Positions 1-13,349 of a DNA stretch of 64,000 nucleotides are shown here, piece by piece (the stretch's first letter is position 1; each line of letters opens with the position of its first letter). The position numbers were made by a program, and so were the translations under genes. Under the pieces are notes generated by a model. That model was not told the origin of the DNA and did not search any database. It saw nothing but the letters and a program-made list of their open reading frames with translations. The DNA is taken from contig NW_027362761.1 of assembly GCF_046119375.1 (NCBI RefSeq), positions 819,640,001 to 819,704,000 on the forward strand, in the 5' to 3' direction. Source of the stretch: Phyllobates terribilis (taxonomy: Eukaryota).

Positions 1-318
1 GGGTCCTCTATGAGAACATCATCAAAAAAAAGGAAGATTTATTTTCTGAAAGACAAGTACTGTCAGGAAGAAGCAAGATACTAGACTGAATGAAGAAGGA
101 TAAGAAAGCAAAGCTCTTCTAACCAGGGAAAACACCCACCCCGGAGGAAAAAAAAATGTATAAAGAGGGGCTGGGCCGGCACCATAAAAAATATAAAGAT
201 TTTATCTGCAGATATATGGTATCTAGAAATAAAAAGAGAGCTTACTTTTTTTTATTTATTTTTTTACCACAGTGCCTCTTGTTGGAGACAAAAAGAAGAA
301 AAAAAAAAAAAGACTAAC

Positions 319-419
319 CTCTAAAATAGATAGTACCATTGTGACATTTTCCTGTTGTTTAATGAACATTTCTGTGAACTGGACTCCCAGATCGTCTGTC
401 TGCACTTGCTGGTTCTCCT
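319..419 (-). CDS. uso1: USO1 coding exon 5 (EENQQVQTDDLGVQFTEMFIKQQENVTMVLSILE); the gene continues left of the window
   Basis: cattttacag acceptor, gttagt donor, 101 nt, phase 1/0; matches USO1 DLGxQFTExFIKQQENVT. Confidence 0.95.
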
Positions 420-851
420 CTGTAAAATGAATCAGAAACATTTTAGAAGTAAAATGGTAGAGGACTAGAATGTTTTGTTATCTGTGTTAATGGTAGAGAT
501 GGTGAACCTGAAAATGCCCTCAGTGGTTTTACCCTACAATCAGATCCTGGACATGTAAAAACAAAAATCTTGAAAATACCCAAGGTGGAACGCCAGCCTC
601 CAAAACTGGAGACAAGTAGGTCTGCATTTGAAAAGAAAAAAATTATATAATGTATTTAGTTTGGCACAGCACTATGTCTTCTATATCTTGTGCAGCTCCT
701 CTTCTCCAGCATGGTTTCGTTAAGCAGACTCATGTGACATGTCATAGCTCCTAGTCTAATTTAATAGACTGCTGATGTCTCAGATTAGGCACTAATTTAT
801 GGGAAGGTGTGTCCATTGTCAAGACACAAAATTTGGCAATATCAGTCCCTG

Positions 852-1655
852 AGGCTATGTGCCCAAGATGCAGAAATGCTCCAGATTTTTCCTGAGCGTT
901 TCTGCATCTCCCTGGCAGAAAAAACGCATGCGGATTGTACATGTGGATTGTACATGCGTTTTCCTGCCAGGTAGAAGAGTTTGTCAAGCGTTCTTCACAT
1001 GCGGGTTGACAAGTGCTTTCCAAGCGATTTTAGCATCACTTGGAAAGTGCTTGACAACTTGGTCACTCTATATAAATCCATGCAAACGGCATGGATTTAT
1101 GTACTGTGACCGAAAGAATGGTAAAAAATAAATATATACTTACCTTCTGATGGCCCCCGGTGTCTTGTTTCCCTCCGTCCAGGCTGCCGGCACATGACTA
1201 TGACATCAGAAAAGGTCCTTCAGTCCATCGCGAGCTGCCGGCAAGGGAGGAAGAGCGCACCGGGGGCCGTCAGAAGGTAAATATAATCTTTATTTTTTAT
1301 TTTATTCTTTTTTTCACAGTTTCTATGGTACCCGGATCCAGAGGAGAGTCTCCTCTTCTCCAGGCCCGGGTACCATCCGCACATTAGAACACATGGATTC
1401 CGCATGTGCTTATCTAGTGATGCGGATGTCATGCGGTCTAATGCAAGTCAATGGCAGCGAAAACGCAGCACTTCAGCAAAATAATTGGTAGTGCTGCGTT
1501 TTTTTCCGCAATGATAATCCGCAGCGGAAATTTCCGCAGCATGTGCACAGCACATGCGGATTATCATTGGGGAACATGGCAGGCCTTCTACCATGCGTTT
1601 AAGCGTTTCTGCCGCTACGGAAACGCTTAAAAAACGCATCGTGGGCACACAGCCT
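852..1655. mobile_element. Non-autonomous MITE, family also at 42279-43130 and 63703-64000
   Basis: Termini AGGCTATGTGCCCA / TGGGCACACAGCCT. Internal sequence is shared with two other copies in the window. Confidence 0.75.
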
Positions 1656-3025
1656 TACTGTACAATGGCAGCGTCATTAAAAAGTATTAGGCTGTGTGCC
1701 CACGATGCGTTTTTTAAGCGTTTCCGCAATGGCAAAAACGCAGCAGAAACGCTTAAAAAACGCATGGTAGAAGGGGTATACGCTACACGGCTGGCTTTTA
1801 CCTTCAGGTATGATAGGGCACGATTAAACTGACATATTGATTGTTGACCCCTGTCCACTCCTCCTCATGCCTAGGACATGTTGTGGCTCTGGCACCATTA
1901 GTTTTGGGGAATATGACTGCACACACTTGTGGAGTACCCTGTATGTTTCACATATATTACATGTGATATTGATATATATACTTCTATTTGGTATTTATTG
2001 TTATTGCATATATCCCTCTTTATTTATGAGGAATATGTAGATAAGGGACGTATTATGTTATTTATACACTCTTTCGTCTGGTCAATTGTTCTATGTGCCC
2101 AAATTATGAATTAATTAATATGCCAGGTTCTGCGCACGTGTTTCTCTTTTTGTGTATGGTGTACCATTTGTGCTATTTAATAAAAGGTATTTTTTCATTT
2201 TATCAATTGTTCTGCTATTCTCTATTGATCCATGGACTGTATGTTCGGTTGTTCTCCTTCTCTATGTATTTATACCGAATGGTCCGCCATTCTACGGTCC
2301 TTGCGCTGATCTCCACAGCTTGGATTTTATGCCAGAGACTGGATTCATACATTTCCATATCTGTATAGTTTTCCAGTGTTTTTTTCCTCTTTGCTCTCAG
2401 ATAAGGTAGCAAAAACCAGCTGACAGATCCCATTTAAATGTGTGACCCTGCTGTGATGCACCGAGTGGCTATACTTAGTTTGAACAGTCATTCTGTGCCG
2501 GCAGAGTCCCTTTAACCTTCTAGTATCACTTTGTGGGCACTAGATAGGCCCAATTTAATCTATGAAACAGCCTCTCTTTGTTCTTAGTATTGCAAATGTG
2601 AGGTTACTAAATTCATGATTTTTAGTGAAGCATGACTTTGGAGCTTGCTTTTAATCTGCCACCCGATCATCCAAAAAACAGTCATTTGACAAATTAAAGA
2701 CATTCCCATGTAGTAAAATTAGGCAATCGTGTATGTGTGTCTGAATTAGCTGCAATCTTACAGTATACTTTTATGCTCTGAATTGCTTACTTTAAAAGGA
2801 ACACAATGGCGCCATTAACAACAGATTCTATTCTGCTGATTTTTTCGTAAAGCTACAGAGTGGACATTTCAGTATAGTTCTAGGAATGTGTTCACATAAA
2901 AGTATAAATTAGGCATTGCTATTATTAGTAGTAGTATGTTAGTATAGATCAAATATGTCCCACATTCAGTATTATCTGGTTATTGGTCCTTTTGGAGATG
3001 CTAGAATTAGATCTTATTTAATTAA

Positions 3026-3405
3026 AGAGGACCTGTCACTAGGTGAAATGTTGTCATTTTTCCACTTATTTCATCACTGCTGTTCCCATGAATATTCCAC
3101 GTTTTTAATTTTAAAATCTGCTATAACGTTCCATAGATACGGGTCTTTTTATTTAGTGCTCATTTTTATTGTCTTTGCAAGAGGGCGTGGCTCACATACT
3201 TCTCTGGGGGTGGGGCTTTACGCTGCTCCGCATTACCCCCGTGAGCCACGCCCCCTTTCTAAAGATCATAAAAATTGGCATTAATTAAAAAAGCCTATAT
3301 CTCTGGAACTGTATGGTGGAAAGAAGAAACTGGAATATTAAGGTTAACAGTGGGAATAATATAATAGCAAAAATTGGTCACTTTTGATCTGGTGACAGGT
3401 CCTCT
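3026..3405. mobile_element. TTAA-flanked MITE (T2/Kolobok-like)
   Basis: TTAA|AGAGGACCTGTCAC...GTGACAGGTCCTCT|TTAA. Confidence 0.8.
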
Positions 3406-3409
3406 TTAA

Positions 3410-3919
3410 AGAGGATATCTGGGACTTTGTAAAAGTAAATAAAGGAGTCTAAGCCCTTACAGGCAGGTAATTGCTACTTACCTGCCAGTTGTGCTTGGCG
3501 ATGTTCTTCCCCGGCACAGAGCGGTCACAGACAGACTCAGCTGCCTCTGCTGATGTCACGTCGACACAGCGGGGGCCTTTTTTCCGCTCTGCTCTGTTGA
3601 CAGGGTGAGACTGCCAACATCATTCTGATTGATGGCCGACTCCCTGCTGCCTAACTGGGGGGAGCCGACTCCCTGCTGCCTAACTGGGGGGAGCCGACTC
3701 CCTGCTGCCTAACTGGGGGGAGCCGACTGTCAATCAGCGTGATGTTTGCAGTCCCGCCCCATCGACAGGGCAGGGCGGAAAAGAAGCGGCTGCTCTGTCG
3801 AAGTGACGTCAGCAGAGGCAGCTGAATCACGGGCAGGAGCGGTCTGTAACTGCTCTGTGCCGGGGAAGGACGCCGCCGGGCACAACAGGCAGGTAGGTAG
3901 CAAGTCCCGGATATCCCCT
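3410..3919. mobile_element. Second T2-like MITE abutting the first, with an internal 29-bp tandem repeat
   Basis: AGAGGATATCTGGGAC...GTCCCGGATATCCCCT; gactccctgctgcctaactggggggagcc occurs 3 times. Confidence 0.7.
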
Positions 3920-4256
3920 TGAACAGGGGTGAGTGATATTAGCAAGAAAAGTCTGTTTTTTTTCCCAGAACCATTGCCACTTATGTTCGTAGGCTGTGAC
4001 TGGTATTGCATTGACTTTAATAGGAGTTAAAAAGCAATGATAGACAGACAGAACCAAGACTAGAGGAAAGAAAAAGGAAATCCTTGATTCTAATACACGA
4101 CCATGAGTGAAAATGAAAAATTGCATGGAACTACTGATTATTTTCATGATTAGTTCAGTGGGGATCTACAGTACATGGGAACGGACAGAGCTGAACCAAC
4201 ACCAGTGAGGAGTATGCGGGATGAGAAGTCAACATCATGCAGACACCAATTTTTAC

Positions 4257-4268
4257 CTTCAGATTCGG
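4257..4268 (-). CDS. uso1: Probable 12-nt alternative microexon of USO1 (adds AESE)
   Basis: Minus strand: long pyrimidine tract ...ctctttctttctttcatgtctttgcag|CCGAATCTGAAG|gtaaaa. Phase 1/1 and frame-preserving between exons 4 and 5. A TGCATG motif lies about 15 nt downstream of the donor. Confidence 0.7.
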
Positions 4269-5160
4269 CTGCAAAGACATGAAAGAAAGAAAGAGAAGTT
4301 TACAACACAAGACAGATAAATGAAGGCTAGAATTTACAAGGCATACATCAGTGGTGATGGGAGCATGCCATGTTAATAAAGCAACACTGTCATATACGAC
4401 AGAGTATCGCAGAACTGCAACGGCGGAGCTCCTGGGTTACAGCAACATGACAATATTCACGCACAGCAAATGTGATAAATCCAATGTCCGACACGATGCA
4501 GCTGCGGTCAGCGAAACGCGCATGCGTGGTGGGTCACTGCACCAACAAAAGCAGCCTGTCTGTTTGCCAGAAGCAGTGTTTCCATAGGTGCTAGTTCACC
4601 TGTATCTCTGGGGAGGAGGCTCCACGAAGGGGATCGACCAACTGCATGAACAATTTCGCAAGGGAGCAAAATCAGAGTAGCAGGGAGTGAGAGGTTAATT
4701 CCTGAATTAATGAAGACTGACATAACGAAATAAGTCATACATCCTTATCAGGTCTAATGTAAACGATTAGCGACTCGAAGATGTCCTACGTGTGTGTTCA
4801 AAAGTAGCAAAGCTGGGGTGGGAAGAAAAAAAACAAACAAAAAAAAAAACCACACACCGTTCTCCAACAACTGCTATCGTGAGTAACAGTGAAGTAGAAC
4901 AACCAAAAACATGTACTCCACTAGTGATTGCCAAGAAACCACATCAAACTGTTTTACTGTCACCCTGAGGCATAAGTGCCATGTGTGAACAAAGCCTAAG
5001 AGATGTAATCTGTGCTTAAGGCCCCAACTAAAAAGATCAACCTACTGCAATTACTCAAGGCAAAGCATTATCTACGACCCCCGACTAACAGAATACGGGT
5101 TTCTGTTCTCATATAGTCCAAAAGTCCATAAAGCAACAATGTCATATACCACAGAGCGTC

Positions 5161-6367
5161 TCCCACTCACACACCACCTCCTCATTTCGCCCCCTATCTG
5201 TTGGTGTACCCCAAGGTTCAGTTCTAGGACCCCTGCTCTTTTCCTTCTACACCTTCGGCCTGGGACAGCTCATAGAGTCTCATGGCTTTCATTATCACCT
5301 CTATGCTGATGACACACAGATCTACCTCTCTGGACCTGATATCTCCTCCCTACTAACAAAAATCCCACAATGTCTGTCCGCTATTTCATCCTTCTTCTCT
5401 GCTAGATTCCTAAAACTTAATATGGAAAAAGCCGAATTCATCATCTTTCCACCATCTCACTCAACCCCCCCACCTGACCCATCTATCAAAGTCAATGGCT
5501 GCTCACTCACCCCAGTCCCACAAGCTCGCTGCCTCGGGGTAACCCTGGACTCTGAGCTCTCCTTCAAACCACATATCCAAGCCCTTTCCACTTCCTGCCG
5601 ACTCCAACTCAAAAATATCTCCCGGATCCGCACATTCCTCACCCACAAATCTGCAAAAACACTAGTACACGCCCTCATCATCTCCCGCCTCGACTACTGC
5701 AACCTCCTGCTCTGTGGCCTCCCTGCCAACACTCTCGCACCCCTCCAATCTATCCTAAACTCTGCTGCCGGACTAATCCACTGGTCACTCCTCTATTCCC
5801 CAGCCTCTCCTCGCTGTCAATCCCTTCACTGGCTCCCCATTGCCCAGAGACTCCAGTTCAAGACCCTAACCTTGGGATACAAAGCCATCCAAACCTGTCT
5901 CCCCCATACATCTGTGACCTAGTTTCCCGGTACTTACCTGCATGCAACCTCCAATCCTCACAAGATCTCCTTCTCTACTCCCCTCTTATCTCCTCCTCCC
6001 ACAATCGCATACAAGATTTCTCCCGTGCATCCCCCCTACTCTGGAAATCTCTACCCCAACATATCAGGCTCTCGCCTTCTGTGGGAACCTTCAAAAGGAA
6101 CCTGAAGACCCACCTCTTCTGACAAGCCAACAACCAGCAGTAACCATTGCTCCACCATACCGCTGCACGACTAGCTGTATCCTCACCTACTGTATCCTCA
6201 CCCATCCCTTGTAGAGTGTGAGCACTCGTGGGCAGGGTCCTCGCTCCTCCTGTACCAGTCACTGACTTCTATTGTTCAAAATTATTGTAATTGTTGGTGC
6301 TATGTATATCCCTTTCACATGTAAAGCGCCATGGAACTAATGGCGCTATAATAATAAATAACAATAA
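5161..6367 (+). mobile_element. 5'-truncated L2 (CR1 group) LINE: reverse transcriptase C-terminal half and 3' tail
   Basis: Reads [13 protein letters not shown]...LYADDTQIY...LDYCN. A 1-bp frameshift lies near 5890 and a stop follows KTHLF. It ends in a gcgccat...atggcgc stem-loop plus an (aat)n tail. Confidence 0.93.
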
Positions 6368-8274
6368 GGCCTGGCCACAATGGGAAGAAAATCATAAACC
6401 GCCACTGTAATCTCTGTGGGTCAATCCTACAACAGCCTAACAACTTTTCTCCGCTTCTCCTCCACCTTCCGCCCAGGTACTGCCACACTCAATCAGGGGA
6501 TAAGTGACCCCATTGTGCTACGGTAATGAATTCCTGCAGCGACCTGGAATTATCAGACATTTATGACATATCCCAAAGTATACAAACTAAACCATCAGCA
6601 GATGCAAAGTCCATACAGTAGTTGATAACAGGTGGCTAAAGTCCTGGTCGCTCGGGAATATATTATCACAAGGGGTAACTGACTGCAGCAGCCACATTCT
6701 ACAAGTGAATATTTACTCAAAAATCAAGTGCAATGTTTCAACACCCAAAAGGTCTCAAGTGTTTGGGGAAAGCTTTACTTTTAGGAATTTGGAATGTCAT
6801 AATCTATTCCTTCTTTTGGAGATATCCTAAAGAACATTCAAGTCTGTGAACCCAATGTAATACTCAGGGATGGACCAATTCTACTTATTAATGTGTATGG
6901 AAGTCAATATTGTCGCGAACACAAAATTGGCTCCAAGAGCAGCATCACTGGTATGTATCGAAATATATATAGTAAGTCCTCAAATAGATTTCACGTTTAT
7001 CGGTCCAACAAACCTATATTTTTAGCGCAACTTCTAATTTATATTGTCAGGCTAGTTTCACATGAGTTGTGTTCTGCTAGTTGTTTTTCCATCTGAGCAG
7101 GATACAACTGATGACAATCCTTGTGCAATGGTCTAGCGCACAAAGCCAGGCAGAGAAACACTTTATGCAACCGTTTTTCGGTCCAGCTCAGCCTGGTGCC
7201 AACAGCACAACTGATACTGCAGGGAACATAGGCGCTCCTATAGGAAACTGTAAGATCAATTGTGCCATCAGTTTCAGGGCTTGTTCACACGACTGTATTT
7301 TCAACCCGAGAGCTATCCGTAAAAAAAACAAACAGCACGAGGATCAATGTTATTCAATGAGGAAGTGCAGATGAGTGTTTCTTTTCACTGACCAAATCTG
7401 TCTGTAAAAAAGCATGCACTAGTATCTTTCATAAGCTGGATGTCCATAGCCTTTATGTGCACCCTGTCCTAACAGTCATTCAAGGTAACTATTCAGAAAC
7501 AGGCCAACAGTTTGTGAATTAGACATTTTACAATGCTCAAAAGGAACCTCTCATTTGAAATCTTAAAATCTTTTGTAGACTTTTTGTAAACACTGTCCAT
7601 CGTGTTCTGGATTAAATATAAAATGTAATAGTTCTGTTCCTTTTGTTCTGTAAATTGCACCCAAAAGTCATATGCTACCAGAAATTAAGCGCCCAGTCAG
7701 CCTGTATAAAAATGACTGGTGGTGGCAGCGAGTAGTTCTTGGGTTATCGTGGAGATAGCAGTGACAGTAACGGGGTATATATCTATTCCACGAGTTGAAA
7801 TCGGAGGTGTATATACCATACGCTCACTGTTAGTTTCCCAATAACAGGCCTATTAGTGGAGACTGCCTGCGACCTCCTCCTTTAATAGTCGGTCAATCGT
7901 GTAATTGTCTGGACGATCGGGGGCAGCAGAGAGCTGTTAGTGACAAAGAGATAACAGTGGGTGGATCTGTACGACTTCCCAGCCTGTGATATTTGATACT
8001 CAAGGTTTTATTTTATTTGTAATTCTATTCATCAGTTACTTAGTTATAACTATTTGATCATTTTCATTGATTTCTAAAATTGGCAACAGAATGTGGCAGC
8101 CATTACAGGTTATCAACTTATTGTGGCAGACCCCCAGAAACATAAACCTGCTGATTATACTTGTTTCTTTATTACTTTCTAAATTGTTTAACAGATTTGG
8201 CATCCTGGAAAACTAGGTGTGCAAGAAAAAAGGACACAGGATTATGCTATGCAATTAGGTAGCTAGTCTGTAAC

Positions 8275-8957
8275 AGACCTGGGCAACCTGCGGCCTGCAG
8301 GCCACATCCTGCCCTCTGGCTGCTCAAGTCCATGGACTCACCCGCACGCCATTCATCCGATGCTGCCGCCCATTGTCACTGTTATCTGCATCCTCAGGAT
8401 GCAGACAGCAGTGAATACATTGGTGGAGGACAGGGCCAACCGCTCCCATCTTCCACCATTCAGTGTGTGAGACAGCAGACGTGATGACATAATCTCATCA
8501 CGCTGCTGCTGAAACTCCGTGCACAAGAAACAGGAGCAGAACACCGGGGAAGCGAGAGAGAGGTGAGTATGTGTTGTTTTTTTCTTCAGGTGTATGGGAT
8601 ATTTGTATGTACATATGGAGGCTATGTGGGGCTCACACTGTGTATATGGAGGCTACGTGTGGCTCACAGTGTATATATTGTGGTTATGTGGGGTTCACAC
8701 TATATACAGAGGCTATGTGAGGGCTCACATTGTATATAGAGAGGCTATGTGAGGGCTCAAACAATGTATAGGGGGATGTCAGCATACTTAATTCTGCTCA
8801 ATATTAAGTGATACAATTAACATTAATATAAATAATTACAATTAATATGTTAATATTGAGCAGAATTAAGAATTAAAATTCAGCCTATTGGTTTGGACCT
8901 CCACAACAGTCACAGTCTCTTATGCAGCCCCTCGGGAAAATTAATTACCCACCCCTG
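8275..8957. mobile_element. hAT-like non-autonomous element
   Basis: CAGACCTGGGCAA...TTACCCACCCCTG imperfect short TIRs; degenerate internal repeats. Confidence 0.5.
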
Positions 8958-9726
8958 GTATGCAATCATAGTGGATACTTCGATCTGTGAAGGAACGCTA
9001 TGCAAAAAACGGTAGGATGCTTTCAGCTAAGACTATTTGCTAAGTTGCTTAATGTTTTCATTTTAGATGCACTGGATAACTTAATAATAGCAGCACAGGT
9101 AACTAAAAGACTATGGTAATGGCAGTTTAAGGGTATGTGCACACCTTGAGTATTTGATTGCAGAAATACGCAGCCTCAAAAAAACATTGCCTTTTTGCTG
9201 CATGTTTTGCCTGTGTTTATTCAGTGCAATTAATGGGTGAAAAACGCAGGAAAAAACGCACAGAGAACTGACATACTGCAGATTATTTTCTGCACCAAAT
9301 TTGCAAGTCAAAAATACTCCACGTGTGCATGACACTTCAGGTTTCTCACTTTGCTGGCATCAGGTTTTGTCACAAACACGCGCAGGAAAAAAAAAGCAAC
9401 AAAAACGCACCAAATCTGCAATGTGTTCACATACCCTAAAAGGTAACTACTTGTGTACATTAGGCATTTTTCACACTGATGTCATGTTCATTGAGAACAT
9501 TCCCGGTGTTTTCTGTACAAGGGATGGCAACCACAAGACTAATAATTGCACAATATATAAAGAGAACTTCTGGCTGTAAGACAGGCGCTTACTGTTAGCT
9601 GAATAATGTGAAAACATTTCAATGGATGATGATGTTATTTCTGTGAAAACGTCATTCAGATTCACAAATGGTAAGTGCAAGAGAGGAGAGTAATAAGGGA
9701 GCGTCTATGAGAGACTGGTGACTTAC

Positions 9727-9800
9727 CTGCCTCTTCTGCATCGTTAGACATGATATTGTAAAGTGTATCCAGAGCATAGCCGATTATTTCAGAATCAGCA
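9727..9800 (-). CDS. uso1: USO1 coding exon 4 (ADSEIIGYALDTLYNIMSNDAEEA)
   Basis: tctttcag acceptor, gtaagt donor, 74 nt, phase 2/1, continues exon 3 in frame. Confidence 0.96.
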
Positions 9801-11218
9801 CTGAAAGATACAATGTTCATTGAAAAAAACGTTCAGTATTATGATCGGTTAAAGTGCAAGAAGCGTAAGGGTGTGTTCACACTGCGTCTTTTTCAGCCGG
9901 TTTTGTGGAAAACACAGCAAAAAAATTACACAAAAGAATGAACATATTAATTTCTATGGAAAAAAAACTTGCTGTATATATTAAGTTATATGTTTGAGCT
10001 TCTTTCAAACGCTTTTGGCCTTCAAAAGACGCCAAGCATTTTGGCGTTTCTGTCGCAAATAACGCTACAGTTTTTTTCATTGATGGAGTTGAAATAAACA
10101 TGCCAGAAAAAGCTCAGGAAAAAAACATGCCAGAAAAAGCTCAGGAAACTACCAAGAGATACTTCAAGTTTATAAAAGTCCTTGAGAAGAGGAGAGTTTC
10201 CTGAGGAGTCTTCTGCTTGGAAAATAGACATGTTTGACTGCTGGAAAAAGACACAGTGTGAGCACATAAAATCTTTTTTTTATGCTTTTCCTCTCTTCTC
10301 AAGGCACTTTTGCCTCCGCAGGAGAACTGAAGATACGTATAGAAAGTCTCCTTGCCAGAAAAGAGGTTCTGCACAACCACTCCAAGGGCAGGTGCACACG
10401 GCCGTTCTTCTCTCCATCCGAGAAAAATGGTCGGATTACGCTGATCAGACTTTGATCAGAGTGGGATCAGTTTTTCTCAGAGGTGGAGAAAAAAAAAATT
10501 CTCCATCTTCTCCATTCTGTCAGTTTGTGATAATCAGACCACACTTGGATGTCATCCGAGTGCGGTCCAATGTTTTCCATGGTCCCATAGACTTGCATTG
10601 CCAATCTTGATTCGACACTTGGATCAAAATCGGACATGTCACTGATTTTTTTCCTCTGACCACTTAGAGGAGAATAACATGTGTATGAGTGCTATTCATG
10701 AAAACCAAGGATAGCGATCAGACATTTCCTAGCCTATAAATAGGTGATAAATATCCATGTTATGAACACATCTCCATGAAGAATTCACACATAAAATAAT
10801 ATGGAGAAGAACTGATTTGATACTTCAAAAAAAATTTCTGAAAACAATGTTAATTTGTGTGACATCAGCAACTTAGATACACAAGTGGAGGTATAGCCAC
10901 TGATTGAGGAGTCAACACTACAGTATATACAGAAGTGTCTATTTAGAAGAATGATAGCAGAAAAGAGAATGGTGTCGCCCATTGAGATCTCTGCCTTTTG
11001 CTAAATTAAAGCCAAAACATTCACTTCATGTTTGTTGCATTGTTTTCTACCCATGTGCACTAAGACAAATAAATGGAAAAAATGGGCATTAATAATTTGA
11101 ATAGAGCTATAAAGTTCAAGGTTTCTGGTAGTAATGGAAGAATAAAAAGGTTAAAATATGATGAACAAACGCCTTTTTTCAACTCTAATTTTATAAAAAA
11201 AAAGTAATTGTCCCTTAC

Positions 11219-11283
11219 CGGTCAGTCTGTAATACACTCAGCAGATGGTCCATTGCCTGGGTGCCAACCTCAAGACGGTATTT
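11219..11283 (-). CDS. uso1: USO1 coding exon 3 (KYRLEVGTQAMDHLLSVLQTDR)
   Basis: gaccag acceptor, gtaagg donor, 65 nt, phase 0/2; recognisable USO1 peptide. Confidence 0.96.
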
Positions 11284-11333
11284 CTGGTCATAGAAAGAGA
11301 AAAGAAATGTTTTTGTTGTCTTGTTAAACTATA

Positions 11334-12957
11334 CAGTACAGACCAAAAGTTTGGACACACCTTCTCATTTAGATTTTTCTGTATTTTCATGACTATGAAA
11401 ATTGTACATTCACACTGAAGGCATCAAAACTATGAATTAACACATGTGGAATTATATACTTAACAAAAAAGTGTGAATCAACTGAAAATATGTCTTATAT
11501 TCTAGGTACTTCAAAGTAGCCACCTTTTGCTTTGATGACTGCTTTGAACACTCTTGGCATTCTCTTGATGAGCTTCAAGAGGTAGTCACCGGAAATGGTC
11601 TTCCAACAATCTTGAAGGAGTTCCCAGAGATGCTTAGCACTTGTTGGCCCTTTTGCCTTCACTCTGCGGTCCAGCTCACCCCAAACCATCTCGATTGGGT
11701 TCAGGTATGGTGACTGTGGAGGCCAGGTCATCTGGCGTAGCACCCCATCACTCTCCCTCTTGGTCAAATAGCCCTTACACAGCCTGTAGGTGTGTTTGGG
11801 GTCATTGTCCTGTTGAAAAATAAATGATGGTCCAACTAAACGCAATCCCGATGGAATAGCATGCCACTGCAAGATGCTGTGGTAGCCTTGCTGGTTCAGT
11901 ATGCCTTCAATTTTGAATAAATCTCCAACAGTGTCACCAGCAAAGCACCCCCACACCATCACACCTCCTCCTCCATGCTTCACGGTGGGAACCAGGCATG
12001 TAGAGTCCATCCGTTCACCTTTTCTGCGTCGCACAAAGACACGGTGGTTGGAACCAAGGATCTCAAATTTGGACTCATCAGACCAAAGCACAGATTTCCA
12101 CTGGTCTAATGTCCATTCCTTGTGTTCTTTAGCCCAAACAAGTCTCTTCTGCTTGTTGCCTGTCCTTAGCAGTGCTTTCCTAGCAGCTATTTTACCATGA
12201 AGGCCTGCTGCACAAAGTCTCCTCTTAACAGTTGTTGAAGAGATGTGTCTGCTGCTAGAACTCTGTGTGGCATTGACCTGGTCTCTAATCAGAGCTGCTG
12301 TTAACCTGCGATTTCTGAGGCTGGTGACTCGGATAAACTTATCCTCAGAAGCAGAGGTGACTCTTGGTCTTCCTTTCCTGGGGCGGTCCTCATGTGAGCC
12401 AGTTTCTTTGTAGCGTTTGATGGTTTTTGCAACTGCACATGGGGACACTTTCAAAGTTTGCCCATTTTTTCGGACTGACTGACCTTCATTTCTTAAAGTA
12501 ATGATGGCCACTCGATTTTCTTAATTAGCTGCTTTTTTCTTGCCATAATACAAATTCTAACAGTCTATTCAGTAGGACTATCAGCTGTATATCTACCAGA
12601 CTTCTGCACAACACAACTGATGGTCCCAACCCCATTTACAAGGCAAGAAATCCCACTTATTAAACCTGACAGGGCACACCTGTGAAGTGAAAACCATTTC
12701 CGGTGACTACCTCTTGAAGCTCATCAAGAGAATGCCAAGAGTGTGCAAAGCAGTCATCAAAGCAAAAGGTGGCTACTTTGAAGATCCTAGAATATAAAAC
12801 ATATTTTCAGTTGTTTCACACTTTTTTGTTAAGTATATAATTCCACATGTGTTAATTCATAGTTTTGATGCCTTCAGTGTAAATGTACAATTTTCATAGC
12901 CATGAAAATACAGAAAAATCTTTAAATGAAGTGTGTCCAAACTTTTGGTCTGTACTG
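11334..12957 (-). mobile_element. Tc1/mariner DD38E (Intruder-type) copy 1; transposase frameshifted at about codon 9
   Basis: TA|CAGTACAGACC...GGTCTGTACTG|TA with about 266-bp TIRs. The true ATG at 12546 is 35 nt from the GTG that opens the ORF-track frame. WSDESK, QDNDPKH and NPIE give 38 residues between D and E. Confidence 0.95.
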
Positions 12958-13021
12958 TATGTGCTTCAATATAAAAACAAAGGTGTCCGGGATGCCAACC
13001 TGAGAGGACGCATGTGAGATG

Positions 13022-13348
13022 CAGGGCTGTGGAGTTGGAGTCCATTTTGGTGGAGTCGGTATAAAATGGACAGACTCCAACTCCTAAAATATATAATAAA
13101 TTGGGTACAGCAGTTCAATGCAGTTTGTGGGGAATATTTTTTCATAAGAATTTGGGAAAGTTATGAAATGTCCTATAAATGTCTGTCCTATTCCTGATCT
13201 AAGGGTCTAGACTTTTAGCTGAGATGAATCTGTGCTACAGTAAATTTATCACTTAAACATGAGCCATGTATGAGGGAGTCGGAGTCGTGGAGTCGGTGTC
13301 ATGGAAATTGAGGAGTCGGAGGTTTGGCTTACCGACTCCACAGCCCTG
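13022..13348. mobile_element. hAT-type MITE
   Basis: CAGGGCTGTGGAGT...ACTCCACAGCCCTG TIRs with internal GGAGTC(G) repeats. Confidence 0.75.
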
Positions 13349-13349
13349 G

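Noticed and set aside
11495-12511. 338-aa ORF as an intact transposase
   Set aside because: It starts at GTG, and the real ATG (12546) is out of frame because of a 1-bp deletion.
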